This document shows, one piece after another, positions 38,192 through 42,450 of a stretch of DNA of 42,450 nucleotides. Source of the DNA: Trichormus sp. ATA11-4-KO1 (GTDB taxonomy: Bacteria > Cyanobacteriota > Cyanobacteriia > Cyanobacteriales > Nostocaceae). Position numbers and translations under genes: made by a program. Positions within the stretch are counted from its first letter, which is position 1. Each line of letters opens with the position of its first letter. The notes below the pieces were generated by a model that had not been told where the DNA came from, ran no database searches, and saw only the letters and a list, made by a program, of their open reading frames with translations. The DNA lies in contig JAHHIM010000039.1 of NCBI GenBank assembly GCA_019358915.1, positions 1 to 42,450 of the forward strand, written 5' to 3'.

Positions 38192-39616
38192 TTATTCTTC
38201 AAAATTAATTGGTTTACCGTTGAAGTGCTGGTAAATGCGTTCAGGGTGCATCCAGTTTGGTAGTGTCCTTTCCTCGTCTTCTAAGTTATTCCCGTTCTCA
38301 TCAACTAGCCCATAACGGACAACGACCCTAGATAATGGCGTTTCCCCATTGGCGCTAAACTTCTCCAGTAAAATTGTCCCTGCCTTCCGTGAGGCGGCTG
38401 TACCGTCTGGGAAGCTTTCATTTGTGGCATTGTGGGTGATTCCTAGCAAATACTCCTTGGCTTTGCGGGTGTCAGTGAGGGACATTTTGAAGAAAGCGAT
38501 CGCACTCTCCCCGCACAATGATTTTAAATTGGTAAATTCATCCACAATTACCTGCTGCTTTTTGGTGGGTTTTTCCTTAATCCGAGTTAACCACCGTTCA
38601 CAACAATCTTCAAAAGCTGTGCTGATTTCATCCTCTGATTCTGCTTTGCTGGTGGCTTCTAGTAATTGCCATACATCGGCGTTGTCACCTGTGGCGTGAC
38701 GGTCGATTAATTGATGAATTGGGGCATCAAGGCAGTATTTTCTAATGAGGGCGATCGCTGTGGCTGTATAAGTCTTACCTGACCCTTGATTACCAATCAA
38801 CCACAATGGTTTGAGTGAATTGATAATTTTCCACAGATAACCATCCTCATGATTTTTCAGGGCATCTATGAGGGCATCTTTCAGCTGTTCGCTGGGGGAT
38901 TGGGTACTGGCCTTGTGGTCATCCTGGGGAGTGCTAGACAATTTGCTCAACTTCTTGTTAGTTTCAGCAACTTGTAGCTTATTGTCAGCAATAACCTTGT
39001 CCATCTCCGACAACTGCAACTCATGATTTTTGAGTGATAATTTACCCTGTAGTTGACCATTGATGTGGTCTAATTGCATCTCACCTGGGGATTTCATAGC
39101 CTCGATTGTTTCAGCAGTTTGACGGGCGATCGCTTGCTTGGTGATCTCAGATTGCTGTTGTTTACTAAACTGGGTTAGGTCAATGTGATTGCTAACAATA
39201 ATGTCGTTCTCCAATGCTTTGATTTTGAGCAATGCGAACTGACTATGAATTGCTTTCTCTTGTTTATCAGTGAGTGATTTACTGGTAGCATAAGCAACGA
39301 GCAACGCCACACTTCCACCAATCCCAAATAAGTAAGCGGTGCTATCTTCTGGTGGTAAAACTCGTAAGATTTTAATGCTGTTATCAAATAATTGATTACG
39401 GCGCTCATTATCAATAATGTGAGCAATTCCCCGCCGCACACTTGACCCTCTACAGTCAGAATTGACCCTACAGAATAAGACCTCACTATGCTTAATTGAA
39501 TCGGTAAATAATGGCACAGTTGCAGCTAGTCCACCAATTAACAATGCACCTACTAACAAAGTAGATGCTTTACGCTCACGCCTGAGATTTTCGTTAAATT
39601 CTTCTATCTCTTGCAT
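38192..39616 (-). CDS. Membrane-anchored coiled-coil P-loop ATPase (FtsK/HerA/coupling-protein-like)
   Basis: Two N-terminal hydrophobic helices, coiled coil, LWLIGNQGSGKT Walker A, VIVDEF Walker B, LLGITH. ATG 39616 preferred. Confidence 0.7.
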   Translation of the reverse strand: MQEIEEFNENLRRERKASTLLVGALLIGGLAATVPLFTDSIKHSEVLFCRVNSDCRGSSVRRGIAHIIDNERRNQLFDNSIKILRVLPPEDSTAYLFGIGGSVALLVAYATSKSLTDKQEKAIHSQFALLKIKALENDIIVSNHIDLTQFSKQQQSEITKQAIARQTAETIEAMKSPGEMQLDHINGQLQGKLSLKNHELQLSEMDKVIADNKLQVAETNKKLSKLSSTPQDDHKASTQSPSEQLKDALIDALKNHEDGYLWKIINSLKPLWLIGNQGSGKTYTATAIALIRKYCLDAPIHQLIDRHATGDNADVWQLLEATSKAESEDEISTAFEDCCERWLTRIKEKPTKKQQVIVDEFTNLKSLCGESAIAFFKMSLTDTRKAKEYLLGITHNATNESFPDGTAASRKAGTILLEKFSANGETPLSRVVVRYGLVDENGNNLEDEERTLPNWMHPERIYQHFNGKPINFEE

Positions 39617-39861
39617 TGTGCTTTTACCCAAAACAATAGATAAATGCCAGCAATTAAGTACAACCAATATCCTTGGATGAATAATCTGATTTTTGTAATT
39701 AAACTGTCTACTGTGCCGAGAGTATCAGGAGTAATTAACCAATTCACCAGTGCATCAATGTTAAAAACAAAATCTATAAACCCAGTGGCTAAATAGTTGA
39801 GCGTGACAATCGTAGCTAAGGAGCTAATTAAGATTCTCCAAATACTATTTATCCTGTACAT
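39604..39861 (-). CDS. Small two-TM membrane protein
   Basis: 85 aa, hydrophobic; overlaps both neighbours. Confidence 0.65.
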   Translation of the reverse strand: MYRINSIWRILISSLATIVTLNYLATGFIDFVFNIDALVNWLITPDTLGTVDSLITKIRLFIQGYWLYLIAGIYLLFWVKAQCKR

Positions 39862-40417
39862 TTGGATTACCCAGAGATTTTAAATAAATAACTACTGCCA
39901 TGAAAATTAGAGCAATCAATAGTGAGATGTTCATGCTGGGTAACTGCCAAGTTAATCCATTGTTAGCTCTAATTTCTTTGTAAGTTTCAGCAATTGCGTC
40001 ATGGGTAAGTATTACTTCTTTAGTAATTCTGCTAGTCCCTGAAAATGACACTGCACCACCAATTAATAATTTGGCAATTCCTATTAATGGCTTATCTCCA
40101 AAGCGTATTCGCCAGTTTTCACTAGATGCTTCAAAATTGAAACCATCTCCTATATGGATTAGTCCAGGTATTAAGGCTATGCAAGAACTAAATACCTGAA
40201 TAATCACTAATGTTACTCTCAATTCAAATAGTAGCCATGACAGGCTACACGACCCTACCTGACAAGTTAGAAAGAGTATACTACTATCAATTCTTTTTCT
40301 CGCTGTAATATCTTCATACAATCGATTTTCGATGTGTTGTAAGTACCTCAAAGTATCTTCGTTGGCGGAAGATTCTTGATTGTCTAGTAATTCTTCTAAC
40401 TGGTCATTAGGGTACAT
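39845..40417 (-). CDS. Multi-TM hypothetical membrane protein
   Basis: 190 aa with ~4 hydrophobic segments; in operon. Confidence 0.7.
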   Translation of the reverse strand: MYPNDQLEELLDNQESSANEDTLRYLQHIENRLYEDITARKRIDSSILFLTCQVGSCSLSWLLFELRVTLVIIQVFSSCIALIPGLIHIGDGFNFEASSENWRIRFGDKPLIGIAKLLIGGAVSFSGTSRITKEVILTHDAIAETYKEIRANNGLTWQLPSMNISLLIALIFMAVVIYLKSLGNPNVQDK

Positions 40418-40430
40418 GGGTTAAATTTGG

Positions 40431-40511
40431 GGAATGGAGAATGTAGATTGCAGATTGGAGATTGGGATTAAAAGCATTCAATCTACAATCTTCTTTCTGC
40501 AATCTGCAATC
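40431..40511. repeat. STRR-like heptamer repeats in inverted arrangement
   Basis: AGATTGC/AGATTGG runs followed by CAATCTA/CAATCTG runs. Confidence 0.6.
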
Positions 40512-40529
40512 GTTTTGGGGGGAGTGTTT

Positions 40530-41219
40530 TTAGAAGCCTAAAGCTGTACGCAATTGTAGTATTCTGGCTTTTAATCCTGGTGTCTGGTAATTTTTCTCAG
40601 GGATGAGGTCATAACGAGCGCGATCGCCTTTATTTAATCCCTCGTTTAATTCCCTCATTTCATGCGCTTCATCGGCTGCAATCTGTTTTATTTCTGGTCT
40701 ATGGGATTGTTCAAGTAATGAGGTTTGTTGGTCTATACCTGCTAAGTGAGCATCAAGATAACCTTTGATTTGGGTGTAGTTCATCTGGTATTGATGACGT
40801 TGGTTTTCACCCGTTTTAGATGCGATAAATTCAGCCGCTAGTTCACTTCGTTGGTGTCCATATTTGGAGTTGGCTAAAGTGGCTTGCATAACGGATTTAT
40901 CGATGGCGATCGCTGACTTGCCAGCTTGAACTAAAATATCCGCAGTGGCTTTGTTGTATGCTTCTGAACCGTTGATAATCTCGATGTAAGCTTGTGCAAG
41001 TTTGGGAGCTAATTCGGCTGATAATCGTCCTTGTCTTGCTAGTTCTCCAATTTTTTGAGCAGCTGCTACATCTCCATTCAATGCTGCATCAAAATCAGCC
41101 AAATTTACACCAAATTTAGGCTTTAAAACATTGCTAATTCTTCTGGCTTTGGGTGCAACATGGTTTTTTAATGTCGCTCTGGTGGTGGCAGTGGTTGTGT
41201 CAGTTATTTTCTTAGTCAT
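40530..41219 (-). CDS. Alanine-rich helical/coiled-coil hypothetical protein
   Basis: 229-aa ORF in operon. Confidence 0.75.
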   Translation of the reverse strand: MTKKITDTTTATTRATLKNHVAPKARRISNVLKPKFGVNLADFDAALNGDVAAAQKIGELARQGRLSAELAPKLAQAYIEIINGSEAYNKATADILVQAGKSAIAIDKSVMQATLANSKYGHQRSELAAEFIASKTGENQRHQYQMNYTQIKGYLDAHLAGIDQQTSLLEQSHRPEIKQIAADEAHEMRELNEGLNKGDRARYDLIPEKNYQTPGLKARILQLRTALGF

Positions 41220-41248
41220 AGGTTTGTTAGGTAGTTGTGGATATGTGC

Positions 41249-41458
41249 TTAACTGGTGAATCCTTCTAGGGCAAAAATATTCAGAGGTTCACCATGTTGA
41301 TTTAACAACTCTGACCGCAATTCGATTAATGCTTGCTGTGCATCCCCCAAAGTTACGTCTGGTTGATAATTCAAGGTTTTAAACTGGGGATGATTCCTGA
41401 TTTCTTGAATTGTTTCAAGAGACTGATTGACTAATTCTTGTATTGTTCTTGTTGCCAT
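41249..41458 (-). CDS. Small hypothetical protein
   Basis: 69 aa with GAGGTG RBS; overlaps the upstream ORF. Confidence 0.7.
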   Translation of the reverse strand: MATRTIQELVNQSLETIQEIRNHPQFKTLNYQPDVTLGDAQQALIELRSELLNQHGEPLNIFALEGFTS

Positions 41459-41676
41459 GATTGCACCTCATTTTTGAAATGATTTAAGCTGCCAAAGTTT
41501 TTGATAATTCCTCGCTCTATTTCGTCGTTGGATAGGGTTTCGATATCATCCAAACACTGGATATCTTCAAAATGCCCGATACACTCTATGAGCCATTCCC
41601 TTGCAGCTTTTAACACCTCGGCTTCGCTCGGTGTTAAAGCTGAGCGAAGTCGAAGCTTTAAGGTTTCTTCATCCAT
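41431..41676 (-). CDS. Small hypothetical protein
   Basis: 81 aa; overlapping operon arrangement. Confidence 0.6.
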   Translation of the reverse strand: MDEETLKLRLRSALTPSEAEVLKAAREWLIECIGHFEDIQCLDDIETLSNDEIERGIIKNFGSLNHFKNEVQSWQQEQYKN

Positions 41677-41879
41677 GCGGGAATCTCTAGATAAATATTA
41701 GAGTCGTGAAATTCTCGATACTCTAGCTGGTGGACTCGATGCCTGTTTAGTCGGTAATTATCAAAGGCTACAAGAGCCAGTACTAAAGATGAAATCAACA
41801 AAATGGTGTAACCTAATTTCTGAGGATTAACGGCAATTACAAAGTCTTTATCAGCCTGTTTTACTAGGTGGGAGTGCAA
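41658..41879 (-). CDS. Small single-TM protein
   Basis: 73 aa with LGYTILLISSLVLALVAF; overlaps both neighbours. Confidence 0.55.
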   Translation of the reverse strand: MHSHLVKQADKDFVIAVNPQKLGYTILLISSLVLALVAFDNYRLNRHRVHQLEYREFHDSNIYLEIPAWMKKP

Positions 41880-42328
41880 AGGCTTTGAGTGCTGTTCTGA
41901 CGCTACTTTTAAACTTCTGGGAACCTCTTTTGATGTCGTTGTTTATCTCCCGTAATCCATCATTCAATAGCTGGGAGTTTTCATTATCCAATCGCGTTAC
42001 AGTCTCCCTAACACCTTGCACCATGTTGGTTATCTTTTGCTTAGTAACCTGCGCTTTATGTTGTACAAATGCTGTAATTGCTGACTCGATTTCTGCTATC
42101 TCATAATCAGAATTAACACTTGCATAATCAAAGTTTTCAGCAATCGCTGTGACTTCCTCAATTGATAAAGTAATCCCCATATCATTTGCAGTGCTGGCGA
42201 CTAATTCTGATTTCTCTTGTAGTGCAATGGCTGTTTCTTCTGGTTCCTCATTATTGAATTGGGTTAATGTTTCCGCTTCCTTCTGTGTAGATGTTGCGTT
42301 TTTTCCGGTTTCATCAACTACACATATA
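41851..42328 (-). pseudogene. 3' part of the coiled-coil gene interrupted by the transposable element
   Basis: ICVVDETGKN...ALPPSKTG continues the 506-124 frame after removal of the element. Confidence 0.8.
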
Positions 42329-42450
42329 TGTTGCGGCTCGCAAACATAAACGCTCCGGCTTGCAAACAAGAAAATTGTTGGCTCACATTAATTGCAAACA
42401 GAAAAAGACTTCGGCTCACATTAATTGCAAACAGACTCATTATTATTTAC
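42329..42450. mobile_element. Other end of the TGT...ACA transposable element
   Basis: Starts TGTTGCGGCTCGCAAACA immediately after CATATA; inverted copy of 1-123; repeated GGCTCACATTAATTGCAAACA. Confidence 0.85.

Noticed and set aside
196..42349. Numerous short antisense or alternative-frame ORFs in the ORF track (e.g. 8021-8437, 18653-18976, 20655-21059, 38349-38699)
   Set aside because: They are shadows of well-supported genes and lack recognisable motifs.
41851..42369. 172-aa ORF as an intact gene
   Set aside because: Its start lies within the transposon end; it is the 3' half of a split gene.
42329..42450. CAST/Tn7 ends
   Set aside because: The duplication is 6 bp, not 5 bp, and no tns or cas genes are visible.

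Overview
This window looks like an almost complete ~42 kb plasmid of a filamentous (Nostocales-like) cyanobacterium: it has more than ten HIP1 GCGATCGC octamers, heptamer STRR-like repeats and a cyanobacterial PEP-CTERM-type protein. It is linearised inside a transposable element. Positions 1-123 and 42329-42450 are inverted TGT...ACA ends, each flanked by the same 6-bp duplication CATATA, and removing the element restores an in-frame 284-aa gene. Backbone: RHH regulator, primase-helicase-HTH Rep with a candidate antisense RNA in its leader, an oriT region with a phased palindrome array, mobC/relaxase and a divergent TraK/TraL(StbA/B)-like pair, parA-parB-SF1 helicase, and a tyrosine recombinase. 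Cargo: type I R-M with embedded toxin-antitoxin genes, a RelE/HigB-HigA-like TA, a HEPN-motif protein, a TerY-PP2C-kinase triad, a PEP-CTERM/O-antigen-ligase cassette, and a ~10-gene membrane/coiled-coil operon ending in a membrane-anchored P-loop ATPase. The most striking observations are (i) a 42-bp-phased palindrome array (candidate parS) encoded inside parB, (ii) an in-frame 534-bp HIP1-flanked cassette that swaps the C-terminal domain of the TerY-P kinase, and (iii) the uncharacterised membrane ATPase operon. Functions are inferred from motifs read by eye; no database searches were run.
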